A stretch of 64,000 nucleotides of DNA, taken from contig NC_087445.1 of the NCBI RefSeq assembly GCF_036321535.1, forward strand, positions 744,001-808,000, given 5' to 3'. Positions 13,601 to 28,610 of this stretch are shown one piece after another; position 1 is the stretch's first letter, and each line of letters opens with the position of its first letter. The notes below the pieces were generated by a model. It was not told the DNA's origin. It ran no database searches and saw nothing but the letters and a program-made list of their open reading frames with translations. Both the position numbers and the translations under genes were made by a program. The stretch is from Camelus dromedarius. Lineage: Eukaryota.

Positions 13601-16344
13601 CCCCGAGTGCACTCCAAAACCCCTTTTCTCCTTTGCAGCGAAGTAGTTCCCAGAGCTGGGATGTCTTGGGAAGGGCAGGTTGTGCTGGGGAAGGGCAGGG
13701 TGAGGGTGGAGCTGGACCCCAAGGAGCCCCAACAGTCTCACTTGGCAGGAGGGCAGGGAGGAGCTCAGGAAGGCTGCACAGATCCCCCAGCAGGAGAAGC
13801 AGCAGCCTCCTGGGAATGGGGGCTCCTCCCGGGAACTGGGAGCAGGAACACCGGCACACACCCAGCCCAGCAGACAAGCCTCACCCACCAGAGCAGCAGC
13901 ATGCTGAGGGCCCACCCCGTCCCAGATCTCCTCCAGAGGCCCAGGAAGGGCATGTGTGTGACACCTCTCCTCCACTGGCCTGCCCTTCCTGTTGTGTGGC
14001 TTCCAGCCTCAGTTTCCCATCAGACCACGTGCACACTGGCTATAAGGGTCAGAAGAACTGGTCCCAAGGGCTGGCGCCTGCACGGGGATCACCCCCACCC
14101 CCCACATCCGTCCCATCACCCAGCCACAAACCCCAGCTGCCCTGGGCAGCGTCCAAACACTAAGCTGCTTTTAGAAAACTGGGAATCCACTCTTGGGCAG
14201 GAGGGATTTAGCCAGATTCGGGTGCCATTTAGAGAAGATTACACCCTAATTGCCTCAGTGTTAGCAGACAGGCTTCTGGCCAGCTGAGCCCTGCCTGGAG
14301 CTGGCGGCAATCTCCACGGACCCTGGCTCCTCTGCCCAGGGACACAGAGGCCAGTCCTGGGGCCTGGGGACAGGCCCTTGTCTTCTGTGGCAGCTGGCTG
14401 CCTGACACAAACCTCCATTCAATGGCTGCAGTCGGGGCAGCTGTCCAGCTCCCATCTGTCCCAAGCCTCAGAAGACGTTAGGTGGGCAGAGGAGCCTGGA
14501 CTATATACCAGGCTGGAAACACCAGGAGAGTGGACTGGGGTTTCTCACATCATCTCTAATCTCAACACGTTTCCTCACGTTACTGGTCCTATGTAGGAAG
14601 GGCCATCCAGCAAGCCTCACAGTCAACAAGTGGTCAGAGACTCTGTGAGTGAGGCCATGTCCCTGGAAGGACCCAGAGGTCTGCAGCTCTGGGAATAAGA
14701 GTAGAGCCTATGGAACCACTGGTGTGGGTTGCAATGATGATTCAACGCTCACATCTGTCCTGAGAGGCTCTGGAAGGTGGATGGGCCTGTCAGCTGCTGA
14801 AGCCAGGGTGAGAAAAACGGTTTTGGGGGCCAAGTATTCCCCATGTCTGGTGTTCTGTCACAGTCACCCTGGCAGGGTTAAGTTCTAGGTGCTCTGAGGG
14901 ACTGGTGCATTATCACCTGCCACGAGGGACCCCAAGGAACCACACTGTACTGCCCATGAAAAGAGGTAAACTGAGGCTCAGGGTGGGCAGCTGGGGCTGT
15001 GTACTGAAGCCAAGTATCTGGTCTCCCAGCCTCGCCCTTCTACCCTGCACGCATCAAGGGTCACCCAGAGTAATGAGTCCTGCGGGGATCCGTTCTCTGC
15101 TATTTGTGACATGCATGTGAACACACACGCGCACACACAAGCACAAGGAAGGTTCACTCCATCACAGCCTGGGCGGGAGGGCCCACTGCCCAGTGCTCCT
15201 GACTCATCCTCCTGTGGGCTGCCTGGGGCCATTCCTCAGCCCAATCACAGCAGCACCAACACCGCTTCAAGTTGCAGCAGCCACTGCGCAAACCACAGCC
15301 CAAGAAAGTGCCATGTCAGGACCTGACCCTCCACCCTGCGTCTTTGGCCCGGGCACGCTCCCTCTCCAAAGTCTCATAGGCTCCTGTGGATCCTGAAAAC
15401 AGGGGTGTGTTCCAGACTTCACCCAGTACAGACACAAAAGGCATCCCACAGTGCAGGTGAGACACTGACGCTGAGAGAGCATGAGGAAAAAGAGGTGTGC
15501 GTGGCAGGGAGCATCTGTGGAAGGTGCGGACTCGGCCAGCCTGGCATGTGGAGCACTGCCCACACCGATCATAAACACACTGTGGGTTCCTGCAGACCTG
15601 GACACAAAGGTGGCGAAGAGGAGGGGCAGGCATGCAGAAAGGCTGGGCAGGCGTCTCCGGGATGGAGTCTGGCCCGAGCACCAGCAGAGGGGCCAGACGT
15701 AGGGGCCTGGCAGGCCGGAAAGGGGCCCCCAGAGGGTGGTGAGCACCTGAAATGCCAGGGAAGGCACCTGAAACCCAAATGCGGATGCATCTGTCACACT
15801 TCCAGAAGGACTCAGCAGCTGGCCTCTGCCTGCGGGGCAAGCAGCTAGTAAACATCCAAGTGAGGCTCAATCCCACGTCTGAGCAGTGGCTTGGTCCACA
15901 CCCTTCCCCTGACTGCTGCCTGGGCCAAATGAAAACGGCTAAGAAGTTCAGCAGCTCTCCGGGCGGTTTCCTGGGCGCAAAGTCAACCCTGACCGAGCTG
16001 CCCAAACGGAAGGTCCCTTGGACCACCTTAAAAAGAGGTACACAAAGACACAGAGAAGTATCACACTCCTCTTCTATCAAAAGTCTAACCAACTGTGCTA
16101 GTGATTTTTCTTTTTAACCACGTGCATTCGATCACTTTTTCTCAAGATTAAAAAAAAAAAAAAAAGGACTATATTGATTGATGATGACTAGGACCAACAC
16201 TGCTAACCCAGGGCTGAAACACTTGGGCCGGCAGACCCCAGTCAGGCAAGCCAAGTCACACAACAAAAACCACAGGGCTTAAAAGGAAAGACTCACCATT
16301 AACACATAAAAAAGAGAAACCTAATAAAACCAGTAACACACACT

Positions 16345-18745
16345 CAAGGGAGCAGGGTATTGCGAAAATGATTAACTGCATAGATCAATGGGCCGAGTTC
16401 CCAAGAGTAGACCAACACACATGGAGTCAACTGATCTCTGCCGAAGGAGCATACTTCATAAAGAAAGTACAGCTGGAACAGCTGTATATCCACATGCAAA
16501 AAAATGAATCTGGACACAGAACACACACCTCTCAGAAAAATCATCTTGAAATGAACCATAGATCTAAGTGAAAAATGCAAAACTAGAAAACTTCTAGATA
16601 AAGATATAGGAAAAGAATCTACGTGACACTGGGTTTGGTGCTGGTGGTCTTAACATGAAAGCAAAATGGCATTAAAAGTAAAAACTCTGCTCTGTAAAAG
16701 ATACTGTTAAGAGAATGAAGACAAGCCACAGACTGGGAGAAATTACTTGCAAAGTAGGACTTGTATCCAAAATAGATAAAGAACTCTTAAAACTCAAAAA
16801 TAAGAAAACAAACAATTCAATTCTAAAATGAGCAAAAGATCAGAACAGACACCAAAGATACACAGACAGCAGACAAATTACGTGAAAAGATGTTCTATAC
16901 GTATGTCAGTGGAGAAATGCAAATGAGAACACGGAAATGTCCCATGTACCAACTAGCATAGCTAAAACCCAAAACACTGCCAATGCCAAATGCTGGTGAG
17001 GATATGGAGCAACAGGAACTCTCATTTATTGTTGGCTGGAATACAGAATGGTGCTGCCACTTTGCAAGACAGGCAGTTTCTTAAAAAAACTAAACATACT
17101 CTTATCCTACGATCCAGCCAAGTGCACACTCTCTCGTGTTTACCTAAAGGAGCTGAAATTGATGTCCACACAAAACCTGCACTGTTTTACAGCAGCTTCA
17201 TTAATAATCACCCTGAACTGGAAGCAACCAAGATACCTAGTTTCAATGGGTAAACAAACTGTGGTACATCCAGACAATGAAATATTATTCTGATTAAAAA
17301 AAAAAAGCTAACAGGCCATGAAAAGTCATGAACGAATCTTAANNNNNNNNNNNNNNNNNNNNNNNNNNNNNNNNNNNNNNNNNNNNNNNNNNNNNNNNNN
17401 NNNNNNNNNNNNNNNNNNNNNNNNNNNNNNNNNNNNNNNNNNNNNNNNNNNNNNNNNNNNNNNNNNNNNNNNNNNNNNNNNNGGGCGGGTGTTGAATAAG
17501 TGAAGCACAAGGGATTTTTTTTAGTGTAGTGAAACAATTCTGCATGAGACTATAATGGTAGGTAAATAACACTATTCATCTGGGTCAAAACCCACAAACC
17601 TTTACAGCACGAAGAGTGAACATTCATGTATGAAAATTAAAAAAAAAATTAGGAGGTCAGAGGATCCTTGGATGGAACGTGGAATGGGCAAAACAATCTA
17701 ACTGCATTACAGATGGATGAAACCACCTCACTGAAGGGGATTAGCAAATAAGGTGCTTGCTTAAATGACGTACTTGGAAATCAGTGGAATATAAGAGACA
17801 AAAGTCAAAAAGAACTGCATATAAGCACTATACTCTGGTCAACAAATTATTTCCCAAGGGGGTACAGGTCAACAGTTAAGACACTACTGCATGTGTGTTG
17901 GAATGGGATGATTATGGAACTGTGTGAGGGATGGGGGAGCCAGGGGTCCTACCACTGGAGGACGGTTACAGAACAGCAACGGGGAGTTGCTGGGAATGAT
18001 CTACATGGTGACAGATCAGAGCTGGAACATCCAGTATGAATTCATGTTCAGCTTACTATACATACAGGTGGCTACACTAGAAATGTTTATAGATGTGTGA
18101 ATGCATGGGCCAGTGTGCACACATCTATCTTCTGGCTCTGTTGACTTCCAACAGAAGCAGTGGCACTCCAGCAGCAACAAACATCCAGCATCCAGACCTT
18201 GGCTTCTAATACCACTCTCCAATAAAAGGAACCAGGGCTCCTCGGAGAAGGCTGATTCTAGGACTGAGGCAGAGAATAAACAGGATGAATCTGGAGAACC
18301 CTGTAGCACTGGAAAGTAAAGAGGAAGGAAGGAAGGAAGGGAGGGAGGGAGGGAGGGAGGGAAGGAAGGAAGGAAGGAGGGAAACTGGGAAGGAAACAGT
18401 CACAATGATGGCTTTGTTGAAGGGGCACAGGAGCCAAATGAAAGAGCTGCCAGGGGCCAAAGCTGGAACAAGCTGAGCAACAAAATAAAGCAGTACTGAA
18501 TCATAACCCAAATATAAAATAAATATCCATGGGTCCATACCAATATAAATGAGTGGATGAATAAACAAGTTGGTAAGAGACAAGTCTTCCATGCAGAAAA
18601 ATTCCAAATAATGTATGCAGATGCTCCCCCTCAAGGAGGTGAGCATGACCCCCTCCCCCCGCTTAGGTGGTGGCTGCATACAGTTTGGAAAGGGCAGAAG
18701 AGCACCTTGAAGTGGAGATGACTGACAAATACCTCGGCTGAGAGA
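16345..18745 (+). mobile_element. LINE-1 (L1MC/MD-like) 3' ORF2 and 3'UTR, contains a 140-N run
   Basis: ORF2 motifs (DQWAEFPRVD..SQLISAEG, MLVRIWSNRNSHLL, LELKQPRY-like) followed by L1MC/MD-type 3'UTR text. Confidence 0.85.
18322..18380. repeat. (GGAA)n/(GGGA)n purine microsatellite
   Basis: GGAAGGAAGGAAGGAAGGGAGGGAGGGAGGGAGGGAGGGAAGGAAGGAAGGAAGG seen directly. Confidence 0.95.
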
Positions 18746-20139
18746 TCTAAAGTAGTTTATTTTTTTAAATTAATGAAAAAAAAAAGGCAGCACAGATTGA
18801 CAAGTGTTAGGTAGTTTAAAAACACATAAATGCTGCACCAAACATGGCACTTGATCTTGAGAAAGCCCCGAGGTTTCCTCGCCCGCGGGCAGGAAGTCTC
18901 CAGTGAGGGGAAGCAGGCCTTCTGAAATGACGGAAAGTCCCACCAGAGGCAGTGGGTCACTGACTGCAGGTTCTGTGCTCACCTGGTGTTTTCTGAGGAC
19001 AAAACTGCACATAAGCAAATGCTAAACTCTCATTATACTCATACAGCAATCCCTCGGGAACATATCTGCATTTTCAAAACGAGCGTCATGGCAGAACTGA
19101 CTGCTCCCAAAGGAAATAAACCAAACTCTCTGAGACACCCTTCCTCCCTCACCACGCTGGCCACAGTGACCAAGCCAAACAATACTAAGTGCTGACAGGA
19201 ACGCAGACTTGCTTGTAAGCTGCTGAGGGAGAGTCTGCCCTCGCCTAACTGGGTTGAAGATGTGCAGTCCCAGCCTCTGCACTAGTCAATGGGGTGACAT
19301 TAGGCACAGCTTCAGGTCTGAGACTGTAGACAGCCCACCTGGCGCAGCACCTTCCAGGGGCCTGTATCCCCTCCGACTGCTCTGGGTCACAGCTCTACAA
19401 CACTGAGGGGATCTCTCAGGTTGGTGGACAAGTCTGAACCCCTGCAGAACACTGGGGGCAGGGTGTGAGGGTGAAGGCGGGAGGAGAGCACCCAGGGGAC
19501 CGCAGGAGCCTGAAGAGTGGGGTCCCAGGCCTGCCCTGACACCATCACTGAGGGAGACGGTCCATCGCCAGGCTTCAGGGACCAGCTGGTCCACTGCCAG
19601 GGCTTCAGGGATGGGCTGGCCTGAAACAAGGAAACCAAGGCCCAAAGAGGAGACTGTTCATGATCACATCAAGCCTTCCCAGCACACAGTGTGGGATGTC
19701 AGCCCTCACTCTGAGCCCCAGCACCGCCACCTATGGGACTGGAACAAAGAGAGCTCCTCCCTACTGGCTCAGAGAGCTGGGCGCCTGTCAGCATCAGTTA
19801 GGACACACTTGAAGGGTGACCATGAGCCCCAATGGGCAGAGTAGGCACAATAAAGGCTCGTCTAACAGATAACCTGCATAGGCAACAAGGACCCAGCAGT
19901 GCAAGGGCCAAGCCAGGAATCAGCTGGAAACAGCACTCCTGCAAATTTCTTTAAAAAGAAAAAGGAAAGAGAAGACAAGAGTAGGGGTGCCTGGCCTGCA
20001 CAGGGCCAAGGAGAGCCGCTCCAGGTCGCCTGGGGAGGCAGGACGGGCAGCCTCAGGACAGCCACGTGAGGCTCTGGAACGCAGTGGGGCCCTCAACCAG
20101 GTACCCCAAGCGAACCCTGCTTGGCTCCCAATGCAAACA

Positions 20140-20840
20140 GAGCAACTGTAAAGGGACTATGAGCCAAATAGGGAAATCCAAATGCTGACCGGGTAGGAGA
20201 TGTTAAGGAATCACGGTTAATTGTGGTAGGTGTTAAAATTTATCTATGGTTACGTTTTATAAAAGAGTTCTTATTTTCTCAGCACAACACGCCAACATAC
20301 TTAGGGAAGAAGTGAGGCACATAACGGAGGCTGCCAAAGCTGGAGCTGTCAAAGTGGGCAGGAAGACATGCAGCCGACCATGCTATCCTCTCTACTCTGG
20401 TTATGCCTAAAACATCCCCTTAAAGACGGAGGCTCTTTAGAAGGGGAACAATGCAGAAAAACCGCCTTAAAGCAAATTCATAAAACTTAAACCACAACAA
20501 TTCTTTCACATGATACAACAACAGACTGCAAGTGACCAGCACCTTCCACGCCCACGGAAACCTCCATGTCTTTGTCCACTTGAATTAGACCTCCTTTTCT
20601 GCAACTCAGAGGGTAACACCAAACTCTGTGTCTTTGTAAGAACAATTGTTACAGATGCTCAAAGCACTTTCTAATTTTTATGGTTTCGTATGTATCTCAC
20701 ATACATACAGAGGAAGAAAAGAGCTGGCAAGTAGAAATATCCAGTTGTTCCCCATACATATGTCATAATCCCTACACAAACATGCTCATTTCTACTTTTT
20801 TGGTGTTCCTAAAGTAAACACACAATTTTTTAAATATATC
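20140..20840. mobile_element. Old L1ME-like fragments
   Basis: AT-rich segments resembling L1ME 3' ends in both orientations. Confidence 0.4.
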
Positions 20841-23800
20841 AAACTCTAAAAGAGAAGCCAGGGCCCATCCCTCCTTGATGCCATCACCTGCCTGAGCCTG
20901 CTACTACCCATTCCATCACATGGGTTCCTACTCGAGACCCACCCTGCCCCTACAGCCCTGTCTGCCAGTCCACCTCCCATGGAAGAGCCAGCCAGGGATG
21001 GAAGGCATTGATGCCCAGGACAGCAGCTAGGCAGCCACACTGGGCCCTCTCCAGCTCTGGGGGACAGTTCGAGAGGCCACACTCCAAACCCTAGACAATG
21101 TGGAATCTGGGGCCCAGGAGGGTCCTGGCCAGCCCCTGCCTGCTAGTCACCTTCACTTCACTGTCTAAGAGGAAACCAAATTCTTCTTTACCTTCAATGT
21201 GCATAGTGGTCCTTTATCCAGTGTATGGATATGGAGAAGCAGGTCTGACTGAGGGGTGGCTGCCCCAAACTGACAAGGGTAAACTGATCTCTTCCCTCAC
21301 AGGAAGGGGCTGGGGACCCTGAAGTGGGAAGGCCCAGCAGGAGTCTGTGTCCACCTGGCCACAGCTCTAAGGCAGCTGCACAAACCCAGGGAGCCTCAGC
21401 CACTACCTGCCTACGTGCCCCAGGTATGCTGGTCTGATCCCGGGCAGAGCCATTCCTCCAGGGCCACACAGTTCCCAGGGGCCTGGGCAGGGTCCAGCTG
21501 CTCCCTCGGAGCCGGAGTGGGGAAACCACAGCCCCGGACAGCACAGGCGGCACCTCCTCGCCTGCCCGGGCAGTGCCACTCTCAGGCCTGGCCGCCTCCC
21601 TGCACCAGCTGTGGACAAGCAGCCCCTGCACCGCACGCCAGCCATGGACCCAAAGCTGTACCACGGGGATGCGGAGGTGCACAGCTGCTTGCCCCCCAAG
21701 CCCTGCAGGAGACAGAATCCCAGGTGACACAAGAGTTTTGGGAGTTTTCAAAAGTGAAGAGCCATTAAAATTGCTTCACAACCCTCTGCCAGACACAAGC
21801 TCTGCAGGAAAGGGAAGTGCCCAGCAGTGCAACCACAGTGGCCTGTGAGGTCATTGCCTTTGGATGTCGACAGCTGCCCCTTCCAGCTGGCAGGCCCCTG
21901 GGACCAGGCCCACCTCAGCACCTCCAGGATTCCCTGGAGCCTAAATTCCCCCTCAAGTCAGGCCTCTTCATGCTGACAGACCACCCACAGCTGGCCCCGA
22001 AAGGGCCTGAGGTCTCCGAGAGCCACCCAGCCCCCAGTGGCTCTCTGCTCCAAGTTCTAGGGTGTTATCAGACAAGCAGAATCCTCACAGGGTTGGCCCA
22101 AATCAGGACTGTTCCTGTTCTCCAAAGTAAACACCCAAGGAGGCTGACTCTGCACAGAGGTCTCTCATCATGTCCCCCTCCTAAGCAGGTGCATGTCCTC
22201 TTGGGGAGAGGCTGCCTAGGCTCAGAGCCTTGAGTGAAACTCAGCTTTTCTTTGCCTCAGCTTCCCTAGCTGTGCAACAGACATGACAGGGTAGCGACGC
22301 CACGGAGGGGTGTGAGGACGGAAGGAGGCAGCGGGGAGCAGGGAGGCTTTGGCAGGAGCAGCGCTCACACCTCCCTCCTCTATGAGCCAGCTCACAGCCG
22401 TGACTTCTCACAGAGCCTCAGACAGGATCCTGGTGCCCAAAGACCACTGCCAACTTGGTCTGAGTCACTGGGCTTTCCTCAGTCACTCACACCCATCTCT
22501 ACCTTGGGTTCCCCATCCTCTGAGAAGGGAGATTACAAGAAGGATGGAAGGAAGGTGGGAGCAAGAAGAGAGAGCAGCAGCTCCCATCAGCTCTGCCACA
22601 GCCCTGAGCGGCAGGACGGGAGGAACACCCAGGTGTTGGCAGCTGGGCTCAGGCAAGTCCAGAGGACCGGCAGAAGAGGCTGCAAAAAGTGTCCAGGCCT
22701 TGAAGGGCAGGTGGAGCTCCCAAGATCCAAGATCAGGAAGAGGGAGGAATGGCAGGGCAGTGCAGGCTCAGCCAGGCCAGGAGCCCCAGGCCATCCTCTG
22801 GGAGACCTAGTGGAGCCACTCCAGACCTCGCCAGAACAAGGGACAGAGACGAGGTGACGACAGGGACAGCAGGGAGGGGATCCAGGCCTGGGTGAGGTAG
22901 AGGAAAGGAGCTGGCGACACCAGCCAACAGACACTTACTGAATAAGCACTTACTATGTAATGGGGACCAGTCCTAGCTTGTGACAGGCTGCAGCTCATCA
23001 AATGCCACCAGCAGCTTCCCCAGGACGTAAGCATACTGCACAGACAGGATCTTGAGGTGGCACAGAAGACAGCAAGGGCATCCAGACTTCGCCTTCCTGT
23101 TCCGGGAGCTGGGTGAGGGTGGGGCTCAGACTGCACCAGGACCCCCGCCACTGGCCTGGGGCATTCTCCCCCAGCCTTCACACTCCCCACCTACAAGGAC
23201 CACCCATTCACGATACCTGACCCAGCCCTGCAGGCAGGAACTTTCAGCCCAGCACACGAGCCCTCGTGAAACTGCAGCTGAAGATACAGAGAGAGACGGT
23301 CAACGGCTACTCAGGACAGGAAACACCACGAGACGGACCGAAGTCTGTCTGATTCTCTTCCCCACCATGGTGGAGAAGGGACACAGCAGGACTTGGGACA
23401 GATGGGCCCTTTATTAAGCCATGCTCAATCACTAGCAAAATGGCTAGGTACAATGGGCCAATGGGTATCCCCGGCACACACACCACGGTGTCAGTGGGAC
23501 ACAGACATGGACAAGGACACACACACTTATCAAGAGAGAAAGGCCTCAGGGCCAGCACCACTGCCCACTGGCCCTGCACGAGACCCTCCTCGGGCCTGTT
23601 CACAAACCCAGTGACCTGGGACATGCCAGCCAGCCTCCTTCCCTCAAAGGCAGTATTACCTACAAATGCTGGGCAGGAATACAGGCACCTCTATTTGGAA
23701 TGTCATTTGTTAGTAACTGCATACCCTTTAGTTCAAGAAACTGTTTTAAAAGAATGATGATGGTTCATGTCTCTATGGGTGAAAAAAAAATTTAAAAATC

Positions 23801-25930
23801 CAACAGATATTACCTCCTTAAATCTTGATTTTTAAGAGTTAATACTTCCAAGTATGACATTAGATAAAATTAGACAGGTTGACAAACAGCCTGTGCTGAC
23901 ATGTGTGTGGGTGAACTGGCCCAAGTTTTCCGGCAACATCTGCCGAGGCTCTGATGCACCTTCCTCTAGCTCCTGTCAACTTCCAGCTGAACTCTTCTTA
24001 TCCCAGCTACAGTAAGGGAAACTGAAGTTCAGGACAGTGTGGCAATGTGTCAGAGGCCATGTGGCCAGTGAGTGTGGGAGCCAGGACATAACAGCAAACT
24101 AAGCAAGCAGGCACCTGAGGGACACCTGAGGAGACTGGTGCACCTTCTTCCCAGTTCCCCCCGAGGATGCACCCTCCAGACACACCTCACAAATCTCAGC
24201 CAAGGTTCCTGCATTGGCCAAATGCTTGTGATAGGACAGAGCTGACAACTGAAAGGTCCTTAAGCAGGGGGTAGTTCTGTCTGCGACTGTCCCCTCTAGT
24301 CGGCTTTTACAGCAGACACAAATTCCAGCTTGTGAACACAGAAGGAGACTGTGCATGCTGCCAGCAGGGGCTCACCACGCACTCAGAAGGGAAGGGTCGG
24401 GGAAGGCCAGCCCACCTGAGCTGCAGAGGGGGTGAGCGGAGGGTGCTCCCACTCCGTGTTCTCACAGCCCCCTTGGCCTCCCTCAATCGCCAGCGCATTT
24501 CCCTGCCCCCTCAAGATGAGGTCCTTGCTGGAGGGACCACATAACACCTCTCTTGTAGATCTAGTGCCAGCTGAGCCTGGCTCGGAGGAGGCACCAATAT
24601 GTGCTGACAAATACAGGACCTCAGATTGAATGAGCTCCCCACCCCCACCTGCCCCAGACCCTATCAGTTTTTTTCTGCTACTATCAGAGCACCTACTCCA
24701 CCAAGCACAGACTTAAGTACCTTCATGTATTAATTCCCTCCACTCTCAAAGGGGATCTGACTGGTCTCCCCGGTGAGGCATGGAGTCTCTGAACAGTCCA
24801 GGCACCTGCCTGAGGCCACTGGGAGCAGGATGCTGGGAAGTGGAGCATCCAGGAAGCAGCATAGTGGATCCTGAGACCAAAGGCCAAGAGCCCACCTGGA
24901 CAAGAAGTCAAGTGGGGAAGGGACAGACCATCACAAAAATTGACAGGTTAGATGCCTGACACCTTGCTCAGCCTTTTCAAATATACCTCGGACCAACCTT
25001 CTCTGGGTAGAATGTTGCAGAGGAAGAAGCTAAGGTCCCTGACCATAGCCACATCACCAGCAAGGTGCAAGGCCTGGGTCCAAACCTGGGTTTTCCACCC
25101 AGAAAACAACTTCTTCCTGCCCACCCCACAACAAGGCTGGGGAGTCAGGGAGGACTGAGAGAGAAGATGATGTTTAAACCACCCAAGAGAACCACTTCAG
25201 GGAAGGACTGCCTAGCTCTCTCACCGCAAGGCTCTCTGGCAGCCTGAGGATCCAACCTCCTTATCCCGGAGTGTAAATCACACAGAAGACACAGGGCTTC
25301 ATCCACGACAAACACCCACAGACCTACACGCCAACTGCAGGGAAGGGCCTGGGAGGACAACCAGGACAGGAAGTGGACGAAAGAAGCACTGTACCCGAGA
25401 AGCAGCCAGTGGGGTGGTCAGGAGCTGAATGTCCCTAGACATGGGGAGGGATAGTGGGGTACCCTGGCCAGCTGCGATGGCCACATGCAAGGCAAGCCCC
25501 CGACTTGGCCCTTTCCCGGCCTCGGGGCCTATACGGAGGACGCTGAAACCGCTGAAGGCAGCTGCGCCCAGAGAAGGGAAGTGATGTGCCTGAAAATGAT
25601 GAAGACCCAGATTTGGTCTTTCCCAGTCGGTCACTTGCATCCATCCCAGTGCCCCCAACTCCCCCCACCCCGGGAAGCCAAACACTGCAGAGAACGCCAC
25701 CCCACCGTGCCCGAGACCTGCCATCAGGGGCAGGCAGGCTGGCCACACCGCAGACCTTGCCGAGAAGACCAGGGTTTCTAGAACGCACACTGCCCACCAC
25801 TCCTGGGGCCAGCCGCCCACCGCAGCGCCGCCTCCCGGCCGGCCACGCACACTGACCCTGCGAGTCCCGGTGCTGGCCTGGCCAGCCTGGGGTCAGGGGT
25901 CGACTCGGGGGTCGACTCGGTCTGGGGTCA

Positions 25931-26599
<669 letters not shown>

Positions 26600-27237
26600 C
26601 TAGCCCGTGATTGGCCTTGAGCCCCGCGTCAGGCGGCCCCTCCGAATGCCGTCGCTTCCGCCACGGCTGCGCGGTGCGTTGTGGGGATCGTAGTCCTTCT
26701 TGCGCGCCGACTACAAGGCCCGTCGTGCCCCACGCCCGCCCGCTCCCGGCAGTGATTGGCCCACGCAGCCTCCGTCGCAGAGCCGGAAACCCTGGTGTTT
26801 TCTGGTGTCTTCCTTGGGCCTGCGAGGCGGCGGTCGGTGGTACGCGGGGTCGCCTAGGAGGACGCGACCTTCGCTGGGCAGGGGGTGGGTGGAGCAGGAC
26901 TCCGATCCGAACCGCCCGGAGCATTGTGGGGACTGCGGGCCGTGTGGCGATGGGGACTGGAATCCGACGGTTCATACTGGCGCGGCCAGCCCAGGACCTG
27001 TCCCCTGGGGGAAATAGTCAAACCGCTAGCTAAAGAGGCGCCTTCGCCCCAAGTAAATGCCAAATGCCAGACGTAGACTCCAGTGCATCCCCATGGTTAG
27101 ATTAGGTTATGCGCTTTGACATCAGTATCACGAGCTGGTTCTGATCTCATGGCATGGGTGCTGCTGGGTATTCTTTGTTATTACTATCCTGTGAGAAGAT
27201 AGTTGAGACTGCAAATATCCCGTCACTCCTCAAGCTT

Positions 27238-28215
27238 TTAAAATTTTTATTGGGGCGTACTTGATTTATAATATTGTATGAATTTCAAGTGTACAACATA
27301 GTGATTCACAGTTTTTAAAGACTATATTCCACTTACAGTTATTATAAAATATTGGTGATATTCTCTGTGCTGTACAATATATCCTTGTAGCTTAACTTTT
27401 TATACATAGTAGTTTGTACCTATTAATCGCTTACCGCTAACTTGCCCCTTCCTCTGTTTCTCCACACTGGAACCACTAGTTTGTTCACTGTATCTGTGAG
27501 TCTGTTTCTGTTTTGTTATATTCACTAGTTTGTTTTATTTATTTTTTTAAGTCCACATAAAGATAATAACATACATTTGTCTTTCTCTGTATTATTTCAC
27601 TAAGCATGATACCCTGAAGGTCCACCCATGTTGTTGCAAATGGCAAAATTTCATTGTTTTTTTCTGACTGAGTCCATTGTGTATGTATACCACATCATCA
27701 TTATCCATTCAGCTGTTGATGGATGTTTAAGTTGTTTTCATGTCTTGGCTATTGTAAGTAATGCTGCTATGAACATTGGGGTGCATGTATTGTTTTGAAT
27801 AAGGATTNNNNNNNNNNNNNNNNNNNNNNNNNNNNNNNNNNNNNNNNNNNNNNNNNNNNNNNNNNNNNNNNNNNNNNNNNNNNNNNNNNNNNNNNNNNNN
27901 NNNNNNNNNNNNNNNNNNNNNNNNNNNNNNNNNNNNNNNNNNNNNNNNNNNNNNNNNNNNNNNNNNNNNNNNNNNNNTGTCATTTGTGGTCTTTTGATGA
28001 TAGCCATTCTGTCAGTTGTGAGTGATATCTCATTGTGGTTTTGATTTGCATTTAGTTGATGATTAGCAATGTTGAGCATCTTTTCACGTGCCTGTTAGCC
28101 ATCCAAATGTCTTCCTTGGAAAAATATCTATGTAGGTCTTCAGCCCATTTTTTTAATTAGGGTTTTTTGTTTTGGTTTTTTTTTTTGATATTGAGTTGTA
28201 TGAGCTCCTCAAACT
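27238..28215 (-). mobile_element. LINE-1 (L1MA9-like) 3' end, contains a 170-N run
   Basis: TTTTTATTGGGGCGTACTTGATTTATAATATTG ... GTGTACAACATAGTGATTC; minus-strand ORF2 peptide MQIKTTM-like (NQNHNEISLTTDRMAIIKR). Confidence 0.9.
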
Positions 28216-28610
28216 TTTAACCCACTAGTTTTCATTGGTATTTCTTGCCTACATGAATGATTAGTGTACTATTTCTTTTCTATTTGCATCATTCTTTCTC
28301 CACTTACTAGCTTTGTACTATAGGGAAGATATTTCGTTCATTAGTGTATGGTCTGTAGATTCTTATTTTACTTAATGAATTACAATCCATTACTCTCCTT
28401 ATTCACTTAGATGCTCAAATGTGGCAGATTTGGCCAGTGGGAGCTCCATTATCTCTGTGTCCTTTCAACATGTCAAAACTTTTGACCATTTTCTTACTTT
28501 CTGGTGAAGTTGTCCCAGAATCATGTACTCTCTGTGTCCCAAACCTGCAGTCAGCTATTTCTCCAAGGAGCCTTGATTCCTCTTAGTGGTTTAATGTTTT
28601 ATTTATATGA
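28216..28610 (-). mobile_element. Older L1MC-like fragment
   Basis: GATGCTCAAATGTGGCAGATTTGGCCAGTGGGAGCTCC and CTCCAAGGAGCCTTGATTCCT motifs. Confidence 0.55.

Noticed and set aside
15316-16092. 258-aa ORF and other 100-230-aa ORFs (e.g. 13607-14287, 11514-12125, 58401-58994)
   Set aside because: No domain-like content, non-ATG or weak starts, overlapping ORFs on both strands; typical of GC-rich non-coding DNA.
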